Source: an uncultured Gemmatimonadaceae bacterium
GTDB taxonomy: Bacteria; Gemmatimonadota; Gemmatimonadetes; Gemmatimonadales; Gemmatimonadaceae
Reading direction: 5' to 3'
Length of the DNA: 64,000 nucleotides
Assembly: GCA_963761305.1 (NCBI GenBank)
Contig: CAVXGK010000002.1
Coordinates: forward strand, 1,088,001 to 1,152,000
The notes beneath the pieces are model-generated. The model saw nothing but the letters and a program-made list of their open reading frames with translations. It ran no database searches and was not told where the DNA came from. Positions 9,670 through 19,588 of the stretch are shown in pieces. The first letter of the stretch is position 1, and every line of letters begins with the position of its first letter. Position numbers and translations under genes: made by a program.

Positions 9670-12102
9670 ATGAGACGTCTCGGCTTTGCCTCCCTCGTCG
9701 CAGCGCTAATATCGGGACTCTTCTGCGCCGCGACGGCTGGCGCTCAGGCAGTACGCGGCGTGGTCGTTGACCGCGCCGATGTGCCGGTACAGGGCGTGGT
9801 TGTCCAGATTCTTGATGCGTCCTCTCGTGTCGCTGGCCGTGCCCTGACTAATGAGCGCGGCGAGTTCCGCGTCGCGCTGGCGGCAGGCACGTACCGCATC
9901 CATACACTGCGCATCGGGTTTCGTCCCACCGACTCGGCTCCGGTAACGCTGCAAGCGGGTCCGGACGTCGCACAACGGATCGTACTTACCGGGTTACCGA
10001 TCGGCTTGGATACCGTGCGCGTCGCGAGCCGCAATGCCTGCCGCGCCCTCAACGACTCCGGTGCGGCGTTCGCAGTTTGGGAACAGATCCGCGCTGCCAT
10101 CGCGGCGGCGTCGCTCACTGCCGCGACGCACGACATCTTCACCACGACCATCTCGTACGAGCGCACGCTGGAGCCTGACGACCGCCGGATCCGTGCGCAG
10201 GCGTCGACCATTCACTCTGGGTACGTCCGCGAGCCGTGGGGGACGCGTTCGGCCGACGCCCTCCATGCAGACGGTTACGTCGTCACCGATCGCGACAACG
10301 TGACGACGTATTACGCGCCGGGGCTTGAGGTGCTCCTCGCCCCATCCTTCGTGGAGGACCACTGTTTCCACCTGACGACCGGCAAGGACCGTCTTGGCCT
10401 CGCGTTCGAGCCGACGCCTGATCGCGGAAAGATACCGGAAATCCGCGGCACGCTCTGGCTCGACGCCAACACGGCCGAGTTACGAAGCTTGGAGTTCCGC
10501 TACTCCAACCTGCTTCCAGAACAGGATGCGATTGCGCTCGGCGCGGCGGATTTCATTCACTTAGCCAACGGGATGTGGGCCATCTCTCGTTGGAACATTC
10601 GTATGCCCGTGCTGGAGCAGGTGATCGGTTCAGAAGTCCGGGGCGGAGCCAGACTTCAACTCGGTCACTCGGAAAGCCACCTGCAGATCGTCGCCGTCCG
10701 CGTCGCCGGCGGCGAGCTTGCGCTCGCACGCCAAGGCGCGGATACGCTGTGGAGGCGACCGCTGGTCGCGCTTTCCGGCACCGTGGTGGACTCTGCCTCG
10801 GGAACGCCAATCGCAAGGGCGCGGCTGAGACTCGCTGGAACCAACCTCGGCGATTCGACGGACGCGCGTGGCCGTTTTGCGATAACAGGCGTTTTGCTCG
10901 GTGACTACACGCTGGAGATCCGCACGCCGTCGCTCGACTCGGTCAACGCGTTGCATCAGATCCCGCTCGCGTTCACCGACTCCGCGCCACCAATTGAACT
11001 GCGCGTTCCCAACGGGACCCAGCTCCTGTCGCTTATTTGCGGCACCCGGAAGCTAGAGTGGGAAGGGATCGTGTTGGGCACGGTAACGTCGACAGGCGAC
11101 TCCATGCCACCGCGCAACGCGAAGGTCACCGCCGAATGGAGGCAAGTCTTCATGCCTGTCGGCGCGCAGTCTATCGAGAATGCCAGCAGTCATGGGCAGT
11201 CCTTGGAGACGCGGACCGATTCGCATGGGATGTTCCGCCTGTGCGGCGTGCCCATCGACAAGACGATCTCTCTCACCGTCGCTGACACAAATACCCCACC
11301 GGTCTACGTCCGAATTCCGCCGGGCGGTCGGTTCGCGCGCGCCGAACTCGCGCTCGGCCGCCGTGCAGGCCTGGACCTCTCGCCGTTCGTCGGCACGGTC
11401 ACCGACTCAGCAGGTCGGCCGGTAGTCACGGCGGACGTCTCACTCCCGGCCTTGTCGAAGAGCACCGTGACCGACGCCGCCGGCGGGTTTCGAATCGACG
11501 GCGTTCCGGCTGGAATCCAGCACGTGCTTGTGCGTCGGCTCGGATATCGTGCGATCGACACGAGCCTCGCCTTTTCAGCCGACCGAACCCTGCGGCGGCG
11601 ATTCGAACTGGTACGCGCGGTGACGCTAGACTCGGTCATCGTCACCGAATCGGCGGTCGACAAGCAGATGGAGAGCTTCGAGGACAACCGCAGGCTCGGA
11701 CTTGGGCATTTTCTCACGCGCGCCGATTTGGCGAAACTCGAGGGCGGCCCATCGACGTCGTCGATCCTTCAGTCGTTCAACGGTCTGTCGATGGTCCGAG
11801 GAACCGGGGGACGCTCATGGATAATCGGCGCACATGGCACACGCGTCGTGATCCCCCTGCGCTCGGACAAGAATCTTGGCGCAACGCCGAGTTGCTACGC
11901 TCAGGTGTATCTGGACGACATCGAGATCTATCATGGCTGGGACAGTGAGCCCCTCTTCGATGTCAATTCGATTCCGCCGGCGGAGATAGAGGCGATCGAG
12001 TACTACGCAACTCCGGCGCAAACACCCCAACGCTACAACAACCTCAATTCAACATGTGGGGTGCTGGTGATCTGGACGTTGAGATACAACTCGAAACGGT
12101 AG
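9670..12102 (+). CDS. Secreted protein with several carboxypeptidase-regulatory-like domains and a C-terminal TonB-plug-like domain
   Basis: Signal peptide; repeated GxVxD..T(D/N)xxGxF..RxGF/Y units; C-terminal IEAIEYY..CGVLVIWT; AGGAG RBS. Confidence 0.75.
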   Translation: MRRLGFASLVAALISGLFCAATAGAQAVRGVVVDRADVPVQGVVVQILDASSRVAGRALTNERGEFRVALAAGTYRIHTLRIGFRPTDSAPVTLQAGPDVAQRIVLTGLPIGLDTVRVASRNACRALNDSGAAFAVWEQIRAAIAAASLTAATHDIFTTTISYERTLEPDDRRIRAQASTIHSGYVREPWGTRSADALHADGYVVTDRDNVTTYYAPGLEVLLAPSFVEDHCFHLTTGKDRLGLAFEPTPDRGKIPEIRGTLWLDANTAELRSLEFRYSNLLPEQDAIALGAADFIHLANGMWAISRWNIRMPVLEQVIGSEVRGGARLQLGHSESHLQIVAVRVAGGELALARQGADTLWRRPLVALSGTVVDSASGTPIARARLRLAGTNLGDSTDARGRFAITGVLLGDYTLEIRTPSLDSVNALHQIPLAFTDSAPPIELRVPNGTQLLSLICGTRKLEWEGIVLGTVTSTGDSMPPRNAKVTAEWRQVFMPVGAQSIENASSHGQSLETRTDSHGMFRLCGVPIDKTISLTVADTNTPPVYVRIPPGGRFARAELALGRRAGLDLSPFVGTVTDSAGRPVVTADVSLPALSKSTVTDAAGGFRIDGVPAGIQHVLVRRLGYRAIDTSLAFSADRTLRRRFELVRAVTLDSVIVTESAVDKQMESFEDNRRLGLGHFLTRADLAKLEGGPSTSSILQSFNGLSMVRGTGGRSWIIGAHGTRVVIPLRSDKNLGATPSCYAQVYLDDIEIYHGWDSEPLFDVNSIPPAEIEAIEYYATPAQTPQRYNNLNSTCGVLVIWTLRYNSKR

Positions 12103-12460
12103 CCGCCGTGGAAAAGCGAGGAGGTCGAGAGGCTCGAGCCGTGCTTGGCTTGGAAGACGGGGGCCGCCGACTCTACGCAGCCACCGTCCCCGGGCGGCCG
12201 TGTTGCGGCGGGTCTCGATGTGGTAGGGACGTGCCGAGGATGGACAGGCGTCGTTGCCGGGGTACGCGCCGCGCGCGTTGGACCGTCTTGAGCAGATTCT
12301 CAACGGGCCGCAGCTCGTTCATCAGCGTCGAGTACTGGCGATCGAAGGTGCGAGTTTCGCCTGGTCCGTGTAGACCTGTTCTGTAAGCGCGCGTCGGGCG
12401 TGTCGTTGAGGGTCGGGCCATTGGCCTCGACGCGTCGCGTAATTGTTTGCCGCTCAAGTT

Positions 12461-13273
12461 TCAGCCGGGTTGGGTCGTATCCGCACTCGTGTCGCCCACT
12501 CGAGTCGCCAGCTCGGCCTTGAGGAACGCGCTCGTCCGTCGAAAGGCGGCGAGTTGTGAACGAAACTCCGCCTCGCGAGCTCGCTCGCGCGCCGCGCGTT
12601 CGGCGGCCCCCGGGTCGTGCGCCTCCACAGCCGGTGCAACGGAGGCGGCCACGCGTCGTGGCCCGCGGCTGACGAATGCAGTCGGCGACTCCCTCCCCCT
12701 CCCCTTCACGCTCCTCTTCTCTCGCGGCACCCGGATGCCCCGCGCGCGGAGCTCGGCCCGGAACACACGCTGCGCCTCGGTGATGAACTTGCCAATCATC
12801 TTTTCCGAGGTGCCGAGCGTTCTCGCCGCTTCGGCGTACGATTGGCCGTGCTCCCGCACCGCGACGAATGCCTGACGGCAGCGAGGGCGCAATTTCATGA
12901 GCGTGGCACCGTAGAGCGCCGCCAGCTCTCGTTCTTCCCACTGCGCTTCGGGATTCATCCACGCCCGAGTGTCCGCCGCGATCTCACTGAGGTACGTCCA
13001 ATCGCGCGCCGCGGCCTGTCGGCGATGCACCCGCAGCTCGTTTCGCCGCCGCCGTACCATCGTGGCGACGTACGCCTCCAGCCGCTCCGGCGCCACGTCC
13101 CATGTGCCGCTCCGCAGCCGCGACAAACACTCCGCGGCCACGTCCTGGGCGATGTCTTTCGCGCGGTCTCGGGACCTGACCATCCGCCGAGCCACCGCGT
13201 GCGCACTCGCCTGCACGCGCCCTAGCAATTGTGCTTCGTCCTGGCATCCGCCGCCGTCCGGCGATTCCATCAA
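12461..13273 (-). CDS. ECF sigma factor with a C-terminal extension of about 90 aa
   Basis: AKDIAQDV (region 2) and LRPRCRQAFVAVREHGQSYAEAARTLGTS (region 4). Confidence 0.85.
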   Translation of the reverse strand: MMESPDGGGCQDEAQLLGRVQASAHAVARRMVRSRDRAKDIAQDVAAECLSRLRSGTWDVAPERLEAYVATMVRRRRNELRVHRRQAAARDWTYLSEIAADTRAWMNPEAQWEERELAALYGATLMKLRPRCRQAFVAVREHGQSYAEAARTLGTSEKMIGKFITEAQRVFRAELRARGIRVPREKRSVKGRGRESPTAFVSRGPRRVAASVAPAVEAHDPGAAERAARERAREAEFRSQLAAFRRTSAFLKAELATRVGDTSADTTQPG

Positions 13274-13334
13274 ATCGGTGCCTCCAAGTGAAGGTGAGTT
13301 GTAGGGGCAAACGCCGGCCGGCCTCGGCGGACTT

Positions 13335-13533
13335 CGCCCCCTACTTATAGAAGTGGGAGCCGACGCGATTTTGCTACCGCAACAAAACGTTGCACCGAGT
13401 GAAAACGCTCATTTACGCCGCATAATAGCCGTCGATTGTCAGCCGTTCGTCAGCAGCTCGCAAAAGCCGCGTCGCCAAAAGAGGACATTTGGTAGCAAAT
13501 CGCGGTCGGCTCCCACTTACTAAGTAGGGGGCG
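13335..13533. repeat. Inverted repeat, arms 13335-13378 and 13491-13533, 112-bp spacer; probable divergent twin promoters
   Basis: Both arms read outward as GGTAGC-N16-CCACTT-N3/4-AAGTAGGGGGCG. Confidence 0.85.
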
Positions 13534-13728
13534 CGAGGAACGACGTTGCGACGCGGCGATCGCTGAACGCGTTCGCCCACGCGCCGATTCATCCGCGAGC
13601 GACGCACCTGAAGTCGCTCCCAGCGTCCACGAAGGCGCGCTCAGCGCGATTCAACCCTGTCGCAGCCGAGAGCAACTCGCGTGCGACCGCCTCTTCGCGT
13701 GAAGCGTCGCGGATCACTGACGCTACAT

Positions 13729-13981
13729 CCGAGATTCACTCGGCTCTTGTCCGAAATTCACTCGGCTCTGTCCGAGATTCACTCAGCTCCGTCCGAGATT
13801 CACTCAGCTCCGTCCGAGATTCACTCAGCTCCGTCCGAGATTCACTCAGCTCCGTCCGAGATTCACTCGGGTCCGGCCGCGATTCGCTCGCCTCTACCAG
13901 AGATTCAGTCGCGCACGTCCGCGATTAACTCGCCTTCGTCCGAGAGTCTCTCCGCTTCTGCCGAGAGTTAGTTGGAACGAT
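13729..13981 (+). repeat. 21-bp tandem repeat CCGAGATTCACTCAGCTCCGT (4 perfect units, about 12 in total)
   Basis: Read directly; translates as SEIHSAP heptads. Confidence 0.95.
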
Positions 13982-14019
13982 CCCGCGATCGCCTCGCACG
14001 ATCCCGTGCCTAGCCTCCG

Positions 14020-14124
14020 CCGGACCGCGTCACGAAGGCCGCGGACCGGATGAAATCGCGTCCGGACCACGTGAAATCGCATCCGGACCAGATGAAGTCG
14101 CGTCTGGACCAGATGAAGTCGCGT
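14020..14124 (+). repeat. 21-bp tandem repeat CCGGACCAGATGAAGTCGCGT (about 5 units)
   Basis: Read directly; PDQMKSR heptads in frame with the downstream CDS. Confidence 0.9.
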
Positions 14125-14280
14125 TCGCCTCGACTGACATCTGCAACACCCATCCTCACCGGGATAGAAGACTCCCTTCCGTCCCGTTCAGCGTTCGGCG
14201 CGACATCGCGCGCCGAGCTCGCGCCCGCCACATCCCGTGGTCCGGGCGCTTCATCCTCTCTCCCAAAGGAGAAAGACGCA

Positions 14281-15075
14281 GTGAAATCCTCTCATGCAGC
14301 AACCCTGAACACGCTGACCCGAGTGCAGCGGTTCCTGGACCTCAACGGCTCGTCACTCGGCGACATCAACGCGTCGGGGTACCGCAAGATCCTCGACGAC
14401 GTCGTCGGCAAGCTGAGTGCCCACGCCGCCGACCAGACGACGACCAAGCGCGCGGCGGCCGCGGAGGCGGCGAAGGAGCGCGTGCTTCGGAACGCGCTCA
14501 AGCTGAATCACATGCGGCCCATCGCCACGGTCGCCAGCGCACAGCTCCGCCAAGTGCCCGACTTCGCGGCCCTCAAGATGCCGCCCAAGAACGCGACGTC
14601 GCGCACGCTCATCACGTACGCCGCGGCGATGAAGACCGCGGCCAGCGAGTATGCCGACGCGTTCGTCGGCGCCGGTCTGCCGGCGGACTTCCTCGATGAG
14701 TTGCAGGGCGCGGCGGATGCGCTCAGCAACTCGTTGACGAACCGCACCTCGAACGGCGCCGCCCAGCGCGGCGCGACCGTCGGCCTCGACGCCGAAGCGA
14801 CCCGCGGACGTCAGGCGGTGAAGGTGCTCGACTCGCTCGTCGAGCCGCTCATTCAGGGCAACCTCGCGTTGCTCGGCCAATGGACCGCGGCGAAGCGGTT
14901 CGGCGGCAAGGTGAGTGCGCCGACGAGCACGTCGATCGACGCCGCTGCACGCGGGCCGGCGACGTCGTTCCCACCGACGAGTGGCGATTCCGCGACTCCT
15001 TCCGGGTCGCCGCCGGCACCGCAAGCAGGCGCGGTGACGTCTACGCCGGCGCCGGCTCCGAGCCCGGCTGCGTAG
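14281..15075 (+). CDS. Hypothetical alpha-helical protein with Pro/Ala/Ser/Thr-rich tail
   Basis: AAGGAG RBS before GTG; strong GC3 codon bias; amphipathic helical composition; no signal peptide. Confidence 0.8.
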   Translation: MKSSHAATLNTLTRVQRFLDLNGSSLGDINASGYRKILDDVVGKLSAHAADQTTTKRAAAAEAAKERVLRNALKLNHMRPIATVASAQLRQVPDFAALKMPPKNATSRTLITYAAAMKTAASEYADAFVGAGLPADFLDELQGAADALSNSLTNRTSNGAAQRGATVGLDAEATRGRQAVKVLDSLVEPLIQGNLALLGQWTAAKRFGGKVSAPTSTSIDAAARGPATSFPPTSGDSATPSGSPPAPQAGAVTSTPAPAPSPAA

Positions 15076-15192
15076 CCGATAGCGCGAGGAGCCTTCCTCG
15101 AATCGGCGGGCACGCCGCTCCCTTCGCGAGGTGGCTAGGGAGCGGCCGTGCCCTCGATGCCGTGATCGCCGCCAACCTAGGGAGCAGTCGGC

Positions 15193-17118
15193 TCACGACA
15201 CCGAAGCGTACGCCCGACTCTCGATCATGAGCTCGACCAGATCGGCATCGAGACGGCCGGCGTTCGCTTCCGAGCGGAGGATCGCGAGCGCCTCGTCGAC
15301 TGGCATGGCCGGCTTATATGGACGGCCCGCCTCCGTCAGCGCGTCGAACATATCCGCCAGTGTGATCAGCCGGGCCTGCAGTGGTATCTCGTCGCCCCGC
15401 AGCCCGTTCGGATAACCACTCCCGTCGAGCTTTTCGTGGTGATCGCATGCATAGGTGACCAGGTTCTTCAAGTCGTCGGTCAGTGGGATGCCGGCGAGAA
15501 ACGCTCGCCCGGAATCGACGTGCGATTCGACCTCGGTGCGTTCCGCGTCGTCGAGGGTGCCGGACGGAATCTGCAGGAAGTGCAACTCGTCCCGCGTGAG
15601 ATACGGCACGAGGCCTCCGTCGACCCGCTCGAACGTTCTCGACGCGATGTCCGCCAACTCGGCTGGTGGATGCTCGGAGTTCGAATCGGGTTCGTTCGCG
15701 GCCGTCACCGCTCTTCTCATGCGCTGGAGCTGTTCGAGCTGTGCCGCCAACGCCGCGTCGAGACGCGCGTCGGCGACTCGATCGGGCGCCGGCGAGCGTC
15801 GGAGCTCCGCACGTCGCCTGCAGTGCTCGAGCTCGATCGTGCGATGGATCAGGTCGAACCGGGCGTCGACGCGTTCCCACAGAACGGGCGGCAACTTCTT
15901 CGATTTCATCAGCACGGCCTCGCGTACGGCCACCTTTCCGACGTCGTGGACAAGGGCGGCGAACCGAAGCTCGCGCAGCTCGGCGCGCGAAAAATGTACG
16001 TCGCGGTACTTTCCGCGATCGGCGCGACCGACCGCCGCGGCGAGCGCCGTCACAAGCGACGTGACGCGGAGCGAGTGACCGGCTGTGGCCGGATCGCGCT
16101 GATCGATCGCCGTGACGCCCGCCTCGATGAAACTCTCGAGCATGTCCTCGATTCGCTCGTACAGTTGATGGATCTCGATCGACACGGCCGCCTGGCCTGC
16201 CAGCGATCGCGCGAGCTCCACTTCGCGGTCGGTGTACGGCAGCACGCTGCGATCGGCGGACTCCTTGCTCGTAATGCGCGCGTTGGGGTCCGACTTGCGG
16301 TTGCCCAGCGCCAGCACACCAACGGTGCGACCGCGATGGTCGATCATCGGCACGATCAGTCCGGACTTCGTGTAATAGCCGTACGCCTCGTCCAGGGTCG
16401 TGTCGTGCCGGAACGGTGCGCCCGGAGGGAGATTGTAGACGTCGTCGACGACGATCGTCTCGCCGGTGCGCGCGGCGTATCCGGGGACGCTCGTGTCGTC
16501 GATCGAGTACGTCGTCGGCGGCACGCGCAGCTCGGGGAGGAAGTCAAACTCCCAGAACACCGGGCGCAGGCGCGGGACGTGGTCCTCGTCGGTCTCCATC
16601 AGGAGGAGCGCGCCGGAGTCGCTTCCCGTCAGCCGCTTCCCCTGTTTGACAATCTGGCGCAGAAGATCCGCGCGATCGGTTTCCAACATCAGCGCCGTTC
16701 CGATGCGATTCAGCTCGCGCCACTCGAGCCTCAGTCGCGCGAGCCGCGTGCGGAGGGCCTCCGCCGTTCGCCGGGCGCAAGCGAGCGAGCACGCGGCGTC
16801 AATGACGCGATTCCTCGCGGTGAGATCTTCAAGTCCGGCAATGGAGATCGGAGCACGACGCCCCAATGCCTCGCGCGAAGCCTCGTCCGCCGCAACGAGA
16901 ACGACTCGACGCGGGAGCTGCCGAAGCCGATCTCGGCGCTCGAGCATCGAGCAATCGACGATCAGAAGAACTGCTTCATCGCCCGGCCCCTTTGCCCATA
17001 GCTCATTCGCATCCCGCCAGTGACTCGGGTGTGCCGGGTCGGGCGAGACCGAGTGGCCATGATAAATGGTGCACTTCGGCCCGTTGGGATCGGTTGGGAG
17101 AGGGCGACGGCGCTCCAT
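15193..17118 (-). CDS. GAF + HD-GYP cyclic-dinucleotide phosphodiesterase (start uncertain)
   Basis: GAF (GYAARTGETIVVDDVY), GHSLRV, HDVGK, HHEKLDGSGYP, DMFDALT. Confidence 0.92.
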   Translation of the reverse strand: MERRRPLPTDPNGPKCTIYHGHSVSPDPAHPSHWRDANELWAKGPGDEAVLLIVDCSMLERRDRLRQLPRRVVLVAADEASREALGRRAPISIAGLEDLTARNRVIDAACSLACARRTAEALRTRLARLRLEWRELNRIGTALMLETDRADLLRQIVKQGKRLTGSDSGALLLMETDEDHVPRLRPVFWEFDFLPELRVPPTTYSIDDTSVPGYAARTGETIVVDDVYNLPPGAPFRHDTTLDEAYGYYTKSGLIVPMIDHRGRTVGVLALGNRKSDPNARITSKESADRSVLPYTDREVELARSLAGQAAVSIEIHQLYERIEDMLESFIEAGVTAIDQRDPATAGHSLRVTSLVTALAAAVGRADRGKYRDVHFSRAELRELRFAALVHDVGKVAVREAVLMKSKKLPPVLWERVDARFDLIHRTIELEHCRRRAELRRSPAPDRVADARLDAALAAQLEQLQRMRRAVTAANEPDSNSEHPPAELADIASRTFERVDGGLVPYLTRDELHFLQIPSGTLDDAERTEVESHVDSGRAFLAGIPLTDDLKNLVTYACDHHEKLDGSGYPNGLRGDEIPLQARLITLADMFDALTEAGRPYKPAMPVDEALAILRSEANAGRLDADLVELMIESRAYASVS

Positions 17119-17187
17119 CGAACGGGGGCACGCGCACCGAACGTGCCCGCCGGCATGGCGACTGCCTTTCTACAAAAGCGGTGACGC

Positions 17188-17523
17188 TTGAGGAGTCGTT
17201 CCGTGCAGTGCAACACTCGAGTCCGGACCGCGCTGATCGGTTTCGTCGTGGTGCCGGTGTTTGCGTGCGGTCAGGGAAAGAACGAAAAGAGCGCGGCAGG
17301 CAACGTCGCGCCGCCGTCGAGCACGCAACCCTACGCTGTGCCGGGCACCTCGTACGGTGCACCGCCAGCGAGCGTTGAAACGGCCGCGGCAAAGCCGAAA
17401 CATCACAGCAAGCTCGCCGGCGCAGGCGCGGGCGCGGTCGCCGGCCATGCGCTTGGCCACCCGATCGCCGGTGCAGTCGCCGGCGCGATCATTCAGCACG
17501 AGCGGAACAAGCACAACAAGTGA
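17188..17523 (+). CDS. Small lipoprotein with glycine zipper
   Basis: Lipobox VFAC; GAGAGAVAGH..GAVAGA. Confidence 0.7.
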   Translation: MRSRSVQCNTRVRTALIGFVVVPVFACGQGKNEKSAAGNVAPPSSTQPYAVPGTSYGAPPASVETAAAKPKHHSKLAGAGAGAVAGHALGHPIAGAVAGAIIQHERNKHNK

Positions 17524-17565
17524 AGCGCGGGAACACACGTTCCCTGACGGTGCCCGCGGGTTTGC

Positions 17566-17919
17566 TCACGGCCGTCTCTTGGCGACGCGATCGGTCGCGT
17601 CGGAGAGCCGCTCTAGATACGCTGTGACGGCTTCACCCTCTCGACGCGGCGGAAGTACGAACCGCCGGTCATCAGGCTCTCGCGCTTCAGCCGAGTGCAC
17701 CGGCTCGTCGACCATGAGATCGCCGCCGTGACGCTCGATCGCGCGTTCGAAGCGCTCGACTGCCTCGAGCAGCTCGCCGAGTTCCTCATCCGTTTCTCGC
17801 CCGGTGAGATGAATTCCCCGAGATTGTAGACGAGAGGCGAGTTCGACCTCGACGCGCCGCCGCTCGTCGCGGTTCGAGTCGGATTCATTCGATGGATGAC
17901 TGCCCTTGTCATGAGACAC
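17566..17919 (-). CDS. Hypothetical protein
   Basis: GGGAGG RBS before GTG; plausible charged helical protein. Confidence 0.65.
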   Translation of the reverse strand: MSHDKGSHPSNESDSNRDERRRVEVELASRLQSRGIHLTGRETDEELGELLEAVERFERAIERHGGDLMVDEPVHSAEAREPDDRRFVLPPRREGEAVTAYLERLSDATDRVAKRRP

Positions 17920-17986
17920 GATCGTCCTCCCAAGAGAAATATGATCGTCGTAAGCGAGGCCCGTTTCATGGAGAAAGAGTAGCGTC

Positions 17987-19417
17987 GTGCACACCACGCC
18001 GGCATTCCTCGGCTCGCTGTACTACATCAGCGAGTGGGCCGTTCGCCTCGTCATGCTCGTCTATGTTCCCCAGCGGCGCACTGCGGCAGCGACGCGTACC
18101 TGGCTTCTGTTGATCTTTCTCCTGCCCTGGCCGGGCCTCGTCATCTACGCGTTGTTCGGACGCATACGCGTCCCGCACCTTCGTCGTGAGAAACAGGCGC
18201 GCGCCTCGCAAATCGTTCGCCGCGAACAGGCGAAACGTCTTGCTGCCCACTCCACCCTCGCCGTCGTTCCATCCGCCTACGCCGGCGCCGCGAGGCTGGC
18301 CTTCGAGCTCGGCGACTTCGTGCCCCTTGCTGGAAACCGCATCGAGCTTTTCGCCGAGTATGCGGGATGGATTGCGAGGCTGATCGCTGACATCGATCAC
18401 GCTCGAACCCATGTTCATTTGCTGTTCTACATCTTTGCGGACGACGCCACGGGGCTGAGCGTGGCCGACGCGTTGGCGCGGGCGGCGAGTCGCGGCGTCA
18501 CGTGCCGCGTGCTGATCGATGCCGTAGGCGGCGAGCGCGGACTCGCGCGTCTCGGTCCGCGCTTGCGCGCGGCCGGCGTGGAAGTCAAAGCAACGCTTCC
18601 GGTCGGACTGTTTCGCCGAAGCGCCGGCCGCTTCGATCTTCGAAATCACCGCAAGATCGCCGTCATCGACGGGCGCCTCGGCTACACCGGGTCGCAGAAC
18701 ATCGTCGATCCCAATTTTCTGCCCGATTACCCAAACGAAGAGCTCATGGCGGGAGTTGAGGGTCCCGTCGTCGCGCAGTTGGAGGCCGTGTTCTTGATCG
18801 ATTGGTTCCTGGAGACCAACCAGCGACTCGACTTCGGTTTGGTCGTCGCCCCTGCGGCCGTCGCGGGCGCCACGGCCGCCCAGGTGCTACCGAGTGGGCC
18901 AGGGTATCCACGGGAAAACACGCGCGACCTCTTCATCACGCTTCTCTACGCCGCGCGCACGCGCGTCGTCATCACAACCCCGTATTTCATTCCCGACGAG
19001 CCGTTTCTCCAGGCCATCCGGACGGCGGCGGCACGTGGGGTCGCGGTGCACCTGGTCGTGTCGAAAAACGCCAACCAGCCGATCAGTCAATTCGCGCAAC
19101 GCGCGTATTACGAAGACCTGTTGGCCGCGGGCGTGCACATTCATCTCTACCGCCCGCGCTTTCTCCACGCGAAACACATCAGCATCGACGACCAGGTGGC
19201 CGTGTTCGGCTCGACCAACATCGACATCCGTTCGTTCGCATTGAATGCCGAGGCCAGCCTCGTCGCGTTTGATCCCGCGGTCGTTGGGGACCTCGTTCGT
19301 GTTCAGGAGCGCTACTTCGCCAACAGCGACCTCCTCGACGCACAGGAGTGGAGCCGCCGCCCGCTCGCCGCGAAGGTAGCGCAGAACGTCGCGCGCCTTG
19401 CCGACTCGCTTCTGTGA
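17987..19417 (+). CDS. cls: Cardiolipin synthase
   Basis: N-terminal PLDc_N TM hairpin and two HKD motifs (NHRKIAVID, LHAKHISID). Confidence 0.92.
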   Translation: MHTTPAFLGSLYYISEWAVRLVMLVYVPQRRTAAATRTWLLLIFLLPWPGLVIYALFGRIRVPHLRREKQARASQIVRREQAKRLAAHSTLAVVPSAYAGAARLAFELGDFVPLAGNRIELFAEYAGWIARLIADIDHARTHVHLLFYIFADDATGLSVADALARAASRGVTCRVLIDAVGGERGLARLGPRLRAAGVEVKATLPVGLFRRSAGRFDLRNHRKIAVIDGRLGYTGSQNIVDPNFLPDYPNEELMAGVEGPVVAQLEAVFLIDWFLETNQRLDFGLVVAPAAVAGATAAQVLPSGPGYPRENTRDLFITLLYAARTRVVITTPYFIPDEPFLQAIRTAAARGVAVHLVVSKNANQPISQFAQRAYYEDLLAAGVHIHLYRPRFLHAKHISIDDQVAVFGSTNIDIRSFALNAEASLVAFDPAVVGDLVRVQERYFANSDLLDAQEWSRRPLAAKVAQNVARLADSLL

Positions 19418-19426
19418 ATGGACGAA

Positions 19427-19502
19427 CCGGGCGGGTCGAAAGACGTAAATGTCGGGATGATGCGACCGTCCTCGTTTACCATAGTGGCGGCCTGCCGCGG
19501 CG
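19427..19502 (+). promoter_or_regulatory. Second copy of the 76-bp upstream element / putative ECF promoter
   Basis: Matches 4616-4691; core motif at 19447-19477. Confidence 0.7.
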
Positions 19503-19588
19503 GTAACTCGCCGGGCGCGGCGTGGGCGCGTCGTAGCCATCGAGGTGCGCAAATCCTGCGCGCCCGAGGATAGCGTCCAGGAGAGCAC

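Noticed and set aside
12173..12457. Small ORF downstream of the ECF as a candidate anti-sigma
   Set aside because: No clear RBS, TM helix or zinc-binding anti-sigma motif
13729..13981. Possible CRISPR array
   Set aside because: Contiguous 21-bp units with no unique spacers; no cas genes. The same applies to 41984-42382
13969..14013. Pyrrolysine or other amber recoding of the leader
   Set aside because: No pyl machinery in the window, and TAG terminates many normal genes here
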